A stretch of DNA of 64,000 bases. Origin: an uncultured delta proteobacterium. Lineage in GTDB: Bacteria; Desulfobacterota; Binatia; Binatales; Binataceae. Position numbers and translations under genes: made by a program. The stretch covers positions 70,192 through 134,191 of the forward strand of contig CAWHNS010000001.1 in the NCBI GenBank assembly GCA_963830715.1, written 5' to 3'. This document shows, piece after piece, positions 32,162-41,820 of the stretch; the stretch's first letter is position 1; every line of letters starts with the position of its first letter. The notes under the pieces were generated by a model. It saw only the letters and a list, made by a program, of their open reading frames with translations, was not told the DNA's origin and did not search any database.

Positions 32162-32935
32162 TCAGTGCTCGCCGTAGTTGAGCGCGGATCCCTTACGCTG
32201 CGCCAGAATGTAGGCTTCCAGCGCGCGCATTTTGGGATCGTTCGGGTCGAGGGTTTTCCCCTTTACGGGATTCTCGATGCACCAGTTGATCATGTCGCGC
32301 AGCAGCGCGACGCGCTGAAGCTGTACCTGATATTTGGGATAGGTCTCCGGATGAGTATTCGCGGCATTCGGATGGCACATGTCGCAGCTCACGCCGATAG
32401 TGCCGCCGAGCAGCTTGACCGAGTGAAAAATCTTGTTGCCCTCGTCCACGAAAGCGTCGGTCTGTGCTTTCCAGATCAAGGGATCGCGCGAGCCAAAGCT
32501 GGCGTACGTGTCGCCCTGCTGGCTCGTAAGCCTGGCTGCACCCGACGCGCCGGGTCCGGCGATACTTTCGTTGCCGTGCGCCGCTCCGCTGGTTTGCGCC
32601 GGCGATGAAGGAGTCGCGCTGCCGGTGTCGGCCTGCGCAGTCACCCAATGCTTGTCGGGATGCTGACGCTGCCATTCGTCCATCAGCTCGCTGGTGACTG
32701 CCAGAGCCTGCTTTCGGCTCATCGCTTGGTCCGGCTTGAGTCCTTTTACTTCCATGCTGGTCACGCCGTCGCAAAGCTGAATGACGACGCCGCCATCTTT
32801 GGCCTGCGAAACCTGATGGGTCGGCATCGGCTGGGCGAATGCGCCGGTGCGATTGCCGAGGCCGAGATAAATGGCCATTGCTCCAGCGAAGGCACCCAAC
32901 AGCGCTGTCGCAATCAATTTCCTTTCAGGGTTCAT
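32162..32935 (-). CDS. membrane-anchored/periplasmic mono-haem c-type cytochrome (SoxAX-like C-terminal domain)
   Basis: Single CDMCH haem site followed by ..LLRDMINWCIENP..G..L......M.ALEAYI.., which recalls SoxA/SoxX-type domains. N-terminal signal anchor. Confidence 0.65.
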   Translation of the reverse strand: MNPERKLIATALLGAFAGAMAIYLGLGNRTGAFAQPMPTHQVSQAKDGGVVIQLCDGVTSMEVKGLKPDQAMSRKQALAVTSELMDEWQRQHPDKHWVTAQADTGSATPSSPAQTSGAAHGNESIAGPGASGAARLTSQQGDTYASFGSRDPLIWKAQTDAFVDEGNKIFHSVKLLGGTIGVSCDMCHPNAANTHPETYPKYQVQLQRVALLRDMINWCIENPVKGKTLDPNDPKMRALEAYILAQRKGSALNYGEH

Positions 32936-32990
32936 TTCGCCTCGTCAACCGCATCGGATAAGCAACGAAAACCGCCGCGCCTGAGCCCCA

Positions 32991-34139
32991 CTAGTAACTC
33001 GCGAATTGCGGCGCGGGAGGGCGATCGACTTTTCCTTGGCTGACCAGGTAGTCCGCCTTTACCGTCACGGGATTGCGATCCCAGAGGTTGTAGACAGTAT
33101 CGACGAGACCATCGGTCCGCGCGGTGAACTGTCCATCGCCGCATCCGTCGAGTTGATCGAACGGGTCGGCGCGGTTCATCTGAATGGTCAGTGGCGGCAG
33201 TCCTTCCGGAGCGTACGGCCACGGCCACGCCGTCGAGAGCATTCCGTAAAAGCTGATGTTCCCGATCTGATTTTGCAGCATCTGATGGGTATGCCCATGG
33301 ACGACGGTGACTTTGTCGTATGGCTTCAGAATAGCCTGTACCTCGTCGGCATCCTCGGTCCAGAAATTCCAGTTACGGTAGTATTTGTAGAGCGGCGAAT
33401 GTGAGAAAACCAGAATCGGGGTCGCAGCCGGAACCTTGGCCAAGTCCTGCTTGAGCCAGTCGCGCTGCTGATCGCCGACCTCGAACCGCGACTGGATGCC
33501 GTTGTCGAGACCGGCGACCGTCTGCATCCGCTCCTCGGGCGTCATCCTGCGCGCGGTCCAGAAATCCTTCTCATGGACGCTCTGCAGCACGATCATGTGC
33601 ACGCCCTTCCAGTCGAACGAGTATGTCGGATGACCGAACAATTCCTGCCACTTGTCGCCCAGGTCGAGAAACCAATCGTGCTCGCCGACCATCATTTTCA
33701 CCGGCGCCTTCAGGCCGCTGAGTATCTGCCGGCCAAGTTCGAGCTGTGTCGCGCTGCCAAGCTGGGCAAGGTCGCCGCCGTAGAGCACGAAGTCGGGCTG
33801 CGGCTCCAGCGCGTTCACGTCGTTGACCGCCTTGACGATGCTTCGCACAAAGCGCTGGTTGAGCGCACGGTCGTACAGATGGGCGTCCGAGATATAGGCG
33901 AAGGTGAAGGGGCGGATACCCTGCGCGCCCTGGCCCGAAAAATCCTTGTTGACCGCCGCGTTCGCAATCGTGACGAGCTGGAAGGTATGCGGCGGCATCA
34001 GGCCCTTGGCGGCGACGGCACTCATCGTGGCCCCCGCGATCTTGAGGAATGTCCGGCGGTCGCAATTGCGCAGCGCCTTGAGCACGCGATCGCGATCTTC
34101 GTAAAATTTCGTTTCGATACTCTTGTGACGAGCCGCCAT
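32991..34139 (-). CDS. Tat-exported calcineurin-like metallophosphoesterase
   Basis: Twin-arginine motif DRRTFLKIAG. MPE motifs ISDAH, GGDLAQ, VGEHD, FSHSP and HGHTH. GTG 34085 is an alternative start. Confidence 0.8.
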   Translation of the reverse strand: MAARHKSIETKFYEDRDRVLKALRNCDRRTFLKIAGATMSAVAAKGLMPPHTFQLVTIANAAVNKDFSGQGAQGIRPFTFAYISDAHLYDRALNQRFVRSIVKAVNDVNALEPQPDFVLYGGDLAQLGSATQLELGRQILSGLKAPVKMMVGEHDWFLDLGDKWQELFGHPTYSFDWKGVHMIVLQSVHEKDFWTARRMTPEERMQTVAGLDNGIQSRFEVGDQQRDWLKQDLAKVPAATPILVFSHSPLYKYYRNWNFWTEDADEVQAILKPYDKVTVVHGHTHQMLQNQIGNISFYGMLSTAWPWPYAPEGLPPLTIQMNRADPFDQLDGCGDGQFTARTDGLVDTVYNLWDRNPVTVKADYLVSQGKVDRPPAPQFASY

Positions 34140-34170
34140 CGGATTATCCTCCCTCGAGTCACCGCGAGTA

Positions 34171-35493
34171 TCAGTCGCCCCCCAGCAGCGCGGGATTTTC
34201 TTTCATCTGGGCCTGTCCCGGCCCGATGTCACCGAAGGGTCCCGCGAATCCGGGACCGTTGCGCCCCGCGAGTCCCATCGCGGCCGCGGTGTCGCGTTGC
34301 GGGCGGGTGGTCCGCGAAAGCTTGAACTGACGCTCGTACTCCGCTCGCGCTTGCTCCACGTATGGCGGGCTGGTCAGCGCGAGCAGGAACGCCGCGAGGT
34401 CGTCTTCCTGCCGCTCGCTCAGTCCCAGCGGCACGATTCCGCCGTCGAGGAAGGCGTTCTGCACGCCGCCCTTGTTGTAGTGGTCGAGGGTATCCCAGAT
34501 CGTCGCCTGGGAGCCGTCGTGAAAGTACGGCTGCGTGACGTAGAGGTTGCGCAGGTCCATGGTTCGGAACGCCCCGATATCGTGCGGCTGCTTGGTGACC
34601 AGGAAGCGGCCCAGTCCGCTCATGTCGGTCTGGATCGCCAACCGATCGATGTCGAGCGCACTTGCTCCCTTGCTCAACTCGGCGAGCGCCTGACGGGCGA
34701 GCGGTACGAAGTCCGACTTGTGAGCCGACACCCCGATATTATGGAAGCGATCGTCAGTGAAGAGCGGGCGCGTCGGGTTCCATCCGTGGCACGACATGCA
34801 GCGGCCCTGACCGTTGAAGATCGCCCATCCGCGCTTCTGTTGCGCCGTCAGCGCGTTTTCGTCACCCGCCATATAGTGGTCGAAGGCCGAGTCGAACGCG
34901 ACCTGCGTACGTTCGTAGGCCGCGATCGCTTTGGTCATGTCGTCGTAGTCGGGCGCGCTTCCAAAGACATCCTTGAACTGATTCTGATATTCGGTGATCG
35001 AATTAAGCTTGTTAACCACGGTCTGGCGGTCCGGCATTCCCATCTCGATCGGATTCAGAATGGGGTCGCGGGCCTGTGCCTCGAGCGTTGGCTCGCGGCC
35101 GTCCCAGAACTGCTCGACATTGAACATCGCGTCCAGGATGGTCGGCGCGTTGCGCTCTCCGGTCTTCATGCCGACTCCGTCCGACGTTGTCTGCTGGTCG
35201 GTGAAACCTTTGTGCGGGTCGTGGCAGTTCGCGCACGAGATCGTGTTGTCGGACGAAAGCCGCGGGTCGAAAAAGAGCGCCTTGCCCAGGGAGACTTTGG
35301 CCGCGCTCTGCGGGTTGTCGGGCGGGAGGACCAATTCGCAAAGTTGGGCGGGAAATCCCGCCTGATGGCTACTCTTGGGCTCGGCCAGCGCGTCCGGCTT
35401 TGGCCCCGGCATCGTGGCGATGGCCGCCCGATCTGCCGCAATCGAGACCGCCACGGTTACGAGAATCACAGCTGCTACTAGCTTGGCAGTCAC
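34171..35493 (-). CDS. di-haem cytochrome c peroxidase (CCP/MauG family)
   Basis: CANCH and CMSCH sites. GTG 35493 is preceded by GGAAGGAAAG and gives a signal anchor; the ORF track extends to 35634. Confidence 0.85.
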   Translation of the reverse strand: MTAKLVAAVILVTVAVSIAADRAAIATMPGPKPDALAEPKSSHQAGFPAQLCELVLPPDNPQSAAKVSLGKALFFDPRLSSDNTISCANCHDPHKGFTDQQTTSDGVGMKTGERNAPTILDAMFNVEQFWDGREPTLEAQARDPILNPIEMGMPDRQTVVNKLNSITEYQNQFKDVFGSAPDYDDMTKAIAAYERTQVAFDSAFDHYMAGDENALTAQQKRGWAIFNGQGRCMSCHGWNPTRPLFTDDRFHNIGVSAHKSDFVPLARQALAELSKGASALDIDRLAIQTDMSGLGRFLVTKQPHDIGAFRTMDLRNLYVTQPYFHDGSQATIWDTLDHYNKGGVQNAFLDGGIVPLGLSERQEDDLAAFLLALTSPPYVEQARAEYERQFKLSRTTRPQRDTAAAMGLAGRNGPGFAGPFGDIGPGQAQMKENPALLGGD

Positions 35494-35664
35494 CGCTTTC
35501 CTTCCGGCGCGAGCTTCCTCTAATCGTTCATCTGAATGATAGAACCATGCCACATTCCGCGTTCCGCTTGAAGGGAACTTGCTTGCAAGATTTTTCCTCG
35601 GCCTCGAGCGCGGCAGGCAGTAGTGAGGCTCCACAGCCGACTGTCGGACAAACGGCGGCCTGAC

Positions 35665-36231
35665 TCAATTCGTCACGGGCGCACTTGCCGCGGACGTGTC
35701 GCCTGGTCCGGAGGGCGCCGCGGGAACCGGAGTCGGCGGCGTTTCAGAGCGCCAGAATTTCGGCCACAGATGCCATCGCTCCAGCAGCAGTTTTACCAGA
35801 TGGCGTCGCCGGCTGGGAATTTCATAGACCACCTTCACGTTGAACTTGGTCGGGTCTTCGCTGTCGGGGTAAATCGAAACGGTGTCCTGTACGCTCGCCT
35901 TGCTGAAGTTGAGGTTGTAGGCCCTGCGGGCGGGAACCTTGACATGCGGACCCAAATCGAAACCGGCTTTCGGCAGTTCGGTGTTGTAGAAGTTTATCAA
36001 AGTATCGAAGTCGCCCGGCGAGTCGAACTCGACCGCCTGCACGATACCGACCGGCGGCTTGACCGTGGAAACCGTGGAGCCGGGCGGGATAGGAATCTTC
36101 TTGTCCCAATGCTTCGGCAGGCCTTCGGGCAGCTTCTTATGGCTCAGCAGCCCGGCCCTGGAACTGCCGGCAGGAGCGAGCAGCATACCGGCCGCGAGCG
36201 CTGCAATCAGGTAGAGCTTCAGCTTCTTCAT
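35665..36231 (-). CDS. secreted hypothetical protein
   Basis: Signal peptide MKKLKLYLIAALAAGMLLAPAGSSRA. No motif recognised. Ends 13 nt... starts 13 nt after the DUF1329 gene stop. Confidence 0.5.
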   Translation of the reverse strand: MKKLKLYLIAALAAGMLLAPAGSSRAGLLSHKKLPEGLPKHWDKKIPIPPGSTVSTVKPPVGIVQAVEFDSPGDFDTLINFYNTELPKAGFDLGPHVKVPARRAYNLNFSKASVQDTVSIYPDSEDPTKFNVKVVYEIPSRRRHLVKLLLERWHLWPKFWRSETPPTPVPAAPSGPGDTSAASAPVTN

Positions 36232-36244
36232 GGCCCTTGCCCTC

Positions 36245-37513
36245 CTAGTGTGCCGCCCTTTCGAGGGCCTTGGTCGTGAAAAAATCCTTATCGACCGTGC
36301 CCATGTTGATATACCAGCCTTCGGTGTCCTGGGCGTCGGCGCCGGGGAAGTAGCACTTGGTCAGTACGCCTTCGCGCGTGTCAAATGAGACAGCCTCTGC
36401 GGCGAATATGCGTTTGACCGGATATACGGCCACGGTCGCCGATGGGTTCGATCGATCCGCGTACCCGAGCAGGTAAACGTCCTCTTCCTCCAGCTCACCG
36501 GTTGGCCTGTAGGTATCGAGATAGGGACTGAACCAGGCCTCCGAATCGATGTATACGATCGCTTTGGAACCTGAGACCCCCGGCTTGGGAGTCGCTTCGA
36601 CGGCGTAGAGATTGCGCATCTCCCAGTTTTCCGCGCAGCCCGGATCGCTGCCCGAGCAGGCCGTTTCCGGCGAATGCGCGGCATGAAAGCAGCCCAGCAT
36701 CGGCTTCTGTCCCACCAGTTTGTAGTCGAACTCTTCGATCTTCGAGTTGAAGCCCAGGTAGCGATCAGGGGCCCATCCGAGACCGCTCGGATCTCTGAGC
36801 ATGTCCTCGCCGATTTCACGTATTCGCCGCGTGCCTGGATTCCAGGCCCAGGATGCGTCCGCTTTCGCCCCATCGGCGTAGCGGAAGCGGAGCAGCGAAC
36901 CACCACGCAGCTCCGCGGGCTGGAGAATCGGATACAGTCCGAATAGCCAGTAGCGGTTGCTTTCCTTGAAGTCCGGATCGATCGGGGTCGGCTGCACCTC
37001 GGTGCGTCCGACCAGGCTGTAGCCCGCATAATGACCGAACTGGTACGACTCCAGGACCTGGCTGCCCTTGGAGACATCGCAACTGGTATAGCGCACGTCG
37101 TAATCATCGGTCAGCCCGGGACGGAATTGCGAGTTCCACATCACCTTGATTGCGGCGTAAGGATCATTGGCATCAATTTTAGGGAACGGCAGCCCGGCGA
37201 CATAACCGACCAGGCTTTTGTGATCGGGGGACAGGCTGACCTGCCCGGAGTTCTTCTCGGTCGCATCTTTATATTGCGGCGGCCAATCGATTCGCTCGGT
37301 CGGCGTCACTTTGATCGATACGGCGCCGCTCGTCACCATCTGCAGAACCCCCGGGGACACGAGGTCCTTGATCTTTGACGCGTTGGCCGAGTTGATCACG
37401 TCCCCAGGGTTCACCTGGGCGGCGCTGCGCGTCGTCAAACTCCCGAAGAGTAACGCCATCGCCGCGATCAGTAGCGCTCTTGATGTCCGCAATCCGCCTT
37501 GCATGAGTGACAC
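36245..37513 (-). CDS. DUF1329-family periplasmic/outer-membrane-associated protein (LolA-like fold family)
   Basis: Signal peptide and size of about 420 aa. Blocks such as ..IDWPPQYKDATEKN.. and ..YPV.R... match my recollection of DUF1329. Confidence 0.65.
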   Translation of the reverse strand: MSLMQGGLRTSRALLIAAMALLFGSLTTRSAAQVNPGDVINSANASKIKDLVSPGVLQMVTSGAVSIKVTPTERIDWPPQYKDATEKNSGQVSLSPDHKSLVGYVAGLPFPKIDANDPYAAIKVMWNSQFRPGLTDDYDVRYTSCDVSKGSQVLESYQFGHYAGYSLVGRTEVQPTPIDPDFKESNRYWLFGLYPILQPAELRGGSLLRFRYADGAKADASWAWNPGTRRIREIGEDMLRDPSGLGWAPDRYLGFNSKIEEFDYKLVGQKPMLGCFHAAHSPETACSGSDPGCAENWEMRNLYAVEATPKPGVSGSKAIVYIDSEAWFSPYLDTYRPTGELEEEDVYLLGYADRSNPSATVAVYPVKRIFAAEAVSFDTREGVLTKCYFPGADAQDTEGWYINMGTVDKDFFTTKALERAAH

Positions 37514-37743
37514 TCCCCGCGATTACGATCGTTCGATAGTTCCAAATGCGCGTAACAGAGCCGAAGGCCCCCGCCCTTTCGGGTCAAAGTGCGCTAAGAG
37601 GTATCGCAAAGCAGGAGGAAAGTGCAACCCTGACCCGCCGCCTGAAAGTGGCGGATCGCCAACCATCCGGGCGATTCGATTCAATTCGGGGCTGTCGTCT
37701 CGGATCGAGCGGAGCGGATCTGTGCGAAGCGCGCGGGAATCAC

Positions 37744-38388
37744 TCAGAAATTCAGCAACAGCCGGCGGAAGCCTGGAGATCCGAGCGCAGCCTCGAAATC
37801 CGGGCTGCGTTTCTCGTCCACGACCGCGAATCCCGCTTTCTCGTACGCCCTCTGCGCGGGAGCATTGTCGATCAGGATCGTGATCTGCGAGAGGCGATGT
37901 GCCCGGCGACGCCCTTCCTCGAGAATCTTTGCGAGCAGAGCGTCGATCAATCCGCGTCGCCGGAACTCCGGCAGCGTCGCGACGTTCTCCACCACCCACG
38001 CGCCCTCGGCCTGGCCGGGGATACATGGCCATACGGGACTTGCGCGCTCCGCAGATTTGCGGAAGTCAGCCGGCGTCCATCCCAGGTGCTCGGCAATCCG
38101 GTCCTGATTCCGGCCCACGACCAACCATCCGCCCTGGTTCGGATCAAAGCCGCATAGCGCCGCCGCCGGACGCCCGTCGCACTCAGCGACCAGGAAGCTC
38201 GCGTAGTGGCAAAGAGAGATCGGCTCGGCCAGGGCGAGACGCAGGAGGTAATCGAGGCAGTATGCCTCATCGCCGCCGATGATCAGGTCCCAGACGCCGC
38301 GCCTGAGATGCCCCCGCGATGCGAGCAGCATCACCTGCGCCAGAAATGGCGCGTCCTCGCGTTTACCCTGTCGAATCGTGACCGCCAT
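37744..38388 (-). CDS. GNAT family N-acetyltransferase
   Basis: ..VATLPEFRRRGLIDALL.. acetyl-CoA loop. ATG 38388 (MAVTIRQGK..) is preferred over GTG 38409. Confidence 0.8.
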   Translation of the reverse strand: MAVTIRQGKREDAPFLAQVMLLASRGHLRRGVWDLIIGGDEAYCLDYLLRLALAEPISLCHYASFLVAECDGRPAAALCGFDPNQGGWLVVGRNQDRIAEHLGWTPADFRKSAERASPVWPCIPGQAEGAWVVENVATLPEFRRRGLIDALLAKILEEGRRRAHRLSQITILIDNAPAQRAYEKAGFAVVDEKRSPDFEAALGSPGFRRLLLNF

Positions 38389-38526
38389 CGCCAGCGCCGA
38401 GCGTAGCACAAGGCACGCGGCGCGCGCAGATCAGAATCCCATGCGGACTCTCGACGGAGGCTCGCATTGATGATGATGAGGGCGGATCGCTGTTGGTCGC
38501 GAGTAGTGTTTCGGTTTCGCGCTGAG

Positions 38527-39855
38527 TCAGGTGCCCGCGTCCCAGCTTGTCAGGTAATGCCGCTGCTCGTCGGTGAGCGTGTCGATCTTTATTCCCATCG
38601 CGGCGAGCTTCAGGCGCGCCACCTCTTCCTCGATCTCGCGCGGTACGTCGTGGACCCTGACCTCCAGCCGCGACCGGTTCGCGGCCCATCGCGCGCTCAG
38701 CGCCTGAGTCGCGAAGCTCATGTCCATCACCTGTGCGGGATGGCCCTCGGCGCAGGCCAGGTTGACGAGTCGGCCCTCGCCCAGCAGGAAAATCCGCCTG
38801 CCGCTGGGGAGATGGTAGGCGTCGACATTGCGCGTGACATTGCCCTCGACCTTGCGGGCCATTTTTTTCAACGCGGCGATATCGATCTCGACGTCGAAGT
38901 GACCCGAATTCGCCAGGATCGTGCCGTCCTTCATCACCGCGAAATGGTCGGCGTTGATGACCTGCTTGTCGCCGCTCACGGTGATGAAGACGTCGCCGAT
39001 CTTCGCGGCGTCATCCATCGGCATCACCTGGAAGCCGTCCATCGCGGCTTCCAGCGCGCGAATCGGATTGACTTCGGTAACGATTACATTCGCGCCGAGG
39101 CCGCGTGCGCGTGAGGCCACGCCGCGTCCGCACCATCCGTAGCCCCCGACCACGATAACCGAGCCTGCGACCAGGATACCGGTCGCGCGGATGACGCCCT
39201 CGATCGTCGACTGGCCGGTGCCGTAGCGATTGTCGAACAGGTACTTGGTCTGCGCGTCGTTGACCGAGACCACCGGAATCCTGAGCGCTTCGTCCCGCTC
39301 CATCGCGCGCAGACGGATCACGCCGGTGGTGGTCTCCTCCATGCTTGCCGCGACTTCGTGGGCCTGGTCGGCGAACTCGGTGTGGAGCAGACTCACCAGG
39401 TCGGCGCCGTCGTCCATCGTGATCGACGGGCGATGCTTCAGCGCGGCGCGAAGATGGCGGTAGTAGGTGTCGCGATCTTCGCCGCGAATCGCGTAAGCCG
39501 CGATCCCATAGTGCTTGACCAGCGCCGCCGCGACGTCGTCCTGCGTCGAGAGCGGGTTGGAAGCGCAGCAGACCACCTCTGCGCCGCCGGCCTTGAGGGC
39601 GCGCAGAAGATTGGCGGTCTCGCAGGTGACGTGCAGGCAGGCCGCGAGCCTGATGTTCTTGAGCGGCTGTTCGCGAATGAAGCTTTCGCGGATTCTCCTG
39701 AGCACCGGCATCTGCCCGTCGGCCCATTCGATTCGCCGCCGGCCGTCGTCGGCGAGGCCTAAATCGAGAACGTCATAGTCGCGATCGGCGCGCGGCGCGG
39801 CGGTTTCCTTTCGCGGCGGAACTGCTGCTTTGGGCTTGGCGGCTTTCGATGCCAT
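38527..39855 (-). CDS. ahcY: adenosylhomocysteinase
   Basis: NAD motif GYGWCGRG plus full-length SAHH similarity (..[14 protein letters not shown]..). Confidence 0.95.
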   Translation of the reverse strand: MASKAAKPKAAVPPRKETAAPRADRDYDVLDLGLADDGRRRIEWADGQMPVLRRIRESFIREQPLKNIRLAACLHVTCETANLLRALKAGGAEVVCCASNPLSTQDDVAAALVKHYGIAAYAIRGEDRDTYYRHLRAALKHRPSITMDDGADLVSLLHTEFADQAHEVAASMEETTTGVIRLRAMERDEALRIPVVSVNDAQTKYLFDNRYGTGQSTIEGVIRATGILVAGSVIVVGGYGWCGRGVASRARGLGANVIVTEVNPIRALEAAMDGFQVMPMDDAAKIGDVFITVSGDKQVINADHFAVMKDGTILANSGHFDVEIDIAALKKMARKVEGNVTRNVDAYHLPSGRRIFLLGEGRLVNLACAEGHPAQVMDMSFATQALSARWAANRSRLEVRVHDVPREIEEEVARLKLAAMGIKIDTLTDEQRHYLTSWDAGT

Positions 39856-39874
39856 AAGGGTCTACTCACTCCAA

Positions 39875-41113
39875 TCAGAGATTAGCGAAATGTGACGTGC
39901 GGGGAGGGTTGCGATCGACCGCCATCAGCCGCGGCCGTTGCGTCCAAACGCGCTGCGCAGAGCGTTCGACCATGTCGATCCGCTCCCATGGGAACAGCCC
40001 ATCCCGAGCGACGCGGCCGAAGTGCCCATACGCGGCGGTGGCCCGGTAGATCGGCCGCTTGAGGTCGAGCGTCTTGATAATCCCGGCGGGTCGGAAGTCG
40101 AACAGCTCGCGCAGCGCCGCCGAGATCTTCGCGTCGGGCACGGTGCCGGTGTCGAAGGTATCGACCAGCATCGATACCGGCTCCGCAACTCCGATCGCGT
40201 ACGCGACCTGGATCTCGCACTGCCGCGCCAGTCCGGCTGCGACGATATTGCGCGCGACGTGCCGGGCCATGTAGCACGCGGAGCGATCCACCTTGGTTGG
40301 ATCCTTGCCCGAAAACGCGCCGCCGCCGTGACGGCCGTAGCCGCCGTAGGTATCAACGATGATCTTGCGGCCGGTGACGCCGCAATCCCCGTGCGGGCCG
40401 CCAATCACGAATTTGCCGGTGGGATTGACGTGATAGACGGTTGACCTGTCGAGGTACTGCGCCGGGATGGTCTTTTTGATCAGCTCCTCGATTATGAACT
40501 CGCGGATGGTGTTGTGCTTTGCGTGGGGTGCGTGCTGCGTGGAGACCACGACCGCGCTCACGGCGACCGGTTGCCCGTCCACGTAGCGCACCGTGACCTG
40601 GCTCTTGCCGTCGGGTCGCAGGAAATCGACCTTCGCCTGCTTGCGCATCGCGGAGAGATTCTGCATCAGGTGATGCGCCAGCGCGATCGGCAGCGGCATG
40701 CATTCGGGCGTCTCGTCGCAGGCGAAGCCGAACATCAGGCCCTGATCGCCGGCGCCCTGCTCCTTGTGGAGGCCCTCGCCCTCGGTGACTCCCACCGAGA
40801 TGTCCGCCGATTGCGGCTCGATAGCGGTCATCACTGCGCATCGATTTCCGTCGAAACCGATCTCTGGGTCGTCGTAGCCGATCTCGCATGCGACCTTGCG
40901 CGCGATCGCGGCGAAGTCGGGCCGCGCGTTGCTGGTGATCTCGCCGGCCAGCACGATCAGGCCGGTCTTCACCAGGGTCTCGAGCGCAACCCGCGATTGC
41001 GGGTCTTCCGCGATCAGGGAGTCGAGGACCGCGTCCGAGATCTGATCGCACATCTTGTCCGGATGGCCTTCCGAGACCGACTCCGAGGTAAAAAGGAAAT
41101 CCTTAAGCGGCAT
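39875..41113 (-). CDS. metK: S-adenosylmethionine synthase; the 3' end is probably mis-framed in this sequence
   Basis: [20 protein letters not shown] and GGGAFSGKD. After ..[10 protein letters not shown] the in-frame tail is an atypical 29 aa, whereas a shifted frame gives a canonical ..[12 protein letters not shown] ending at 39925. Confidence 0.95.
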   Translation of the reverse strand: MPLKDFLFTSESVSEGHPDKMCDQISDAVLDSLIAEDPQSRVALETLVKTGLIVLAGEITSNARPDFAAIARKVACEIGYDDPEIGFDGNRCAVMTAIEPQSADISVGVTEGEGLHKEQGAGDQGLMFGFACDETPECMPLPIALAHHLMQNLSAMRKQAKVDFLRPDGKSQVTVRYVDGQPVAVSAVVVSTQHAPHAKHNTIREFIIEELIKKTIPAQYLDRSTVYHVNPTGKFVIGGPHGDCGVTGRKIIVDTYGGYGRHGGGAFSGKDPTKVDRSACYMARHVARNIVAAGLARQCEIQVAYAIGVAEPVSMLVDTFDTGTVPDAKISAALRELFDFRPAGIIKTLDLKRPIYRATAAYGHFGRVARDGLFPWERIDMVERSAQRVWTQRPRLMAVDRNPPRTSHFANL

Positions 41114-41342
41114 TCGAGTTGGCTCCTCGCAAGCGCGTCTGACTGGCCGGCATCCCAGGGCGGTTTTGCGGCGAGCGCGGATCAGGCTGCAGGGATCTTA
41201 TTTTCGTAGCTCTCTTCAGATCGGGGTTCGATCACCCCGACGGATTGCTGTATCTGCAAGAGCTTATATTTTCCGGCTCATATAACCAACCGGTCAGGCG
41301 CGGGTCAAGTTGGCCGCCGAGCGTTGGCGGCTCAGTTCGAAA

Positions 41343-41470
41343 TCACGATATGCCGCCGAAGCCGAGAATGTAGCCCTCGGGATCCTCGACGTAAAAGTCC
41401 CTTGTTCCCCACGCGGTAGGCGAGGAACTGCGGCGCAAGCGAGGTGATACGCAGCCCAGGCGCTGGCATT
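41343..41470 (-). pseudogene. remnant of a glyoxalase/bleomycin-resistance (VOC) family gene (C-terminal ~25-45 codons only)
   Basis: The minus-strand frame reads ..AWGTRDFYVEDPEGYILGFGGIS*, the typical VOC C-terminus. There is no room for the remaining ~80 codons before the HPr gene. Confidence 0.4.
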
Positions 41471-41483
41471 GTCATGCGTCCTC

Positions 41484-41756
41484 TCATTCCTCGCCGAAGC
41501 GCTCTTCGAACAGCTTCTGCACGGTCGCCAGGGCCTCGCGCGCATCGGCGCCCTCGGCCCGGACTTTAAGCCTCGTGCCAAGGCCGGCCCCTAACATTAT
41601 CAGCGCCGTCACGCTCTTCGCGTTGGCCTGGTCTTTGCCGCGGGACAGCGTGATCGACGAGTTGAACTTTCCGGTCGCCTGCGCGAGCGTGGAGGCTGCG
41701 CGCAGATGAAGTCCGAGCTTGTTCTTCACCTCCACAGTCGCCTCCGCCACATTCAC
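41484..41756 (-). CDS. ptsH: HPr-family phosphocarrier protein
   Basis: 90 aa from GTG 41756. Active-site region ..NKLGLHLRAAS.. The remaining upstream part of ORF 41484..42089 overlaps the DHH gene and is not coding. Confidence 0.8.
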   Translation of the reverse strand: MNVAEATVEVKNKLGLHLRAASTLAQATGKFNSSITLSRGKDQANAKSVTALIMLGAGLGTRLKVRAEGADAREALATVQKLFEERFGEE

Positions 41757-41820
41757 GCGATACAAGATAGAGGTAAGCGCCGGGCAGGTAAACGATCGCG
41801 CGCACGAGGCGAGAGCGGTG

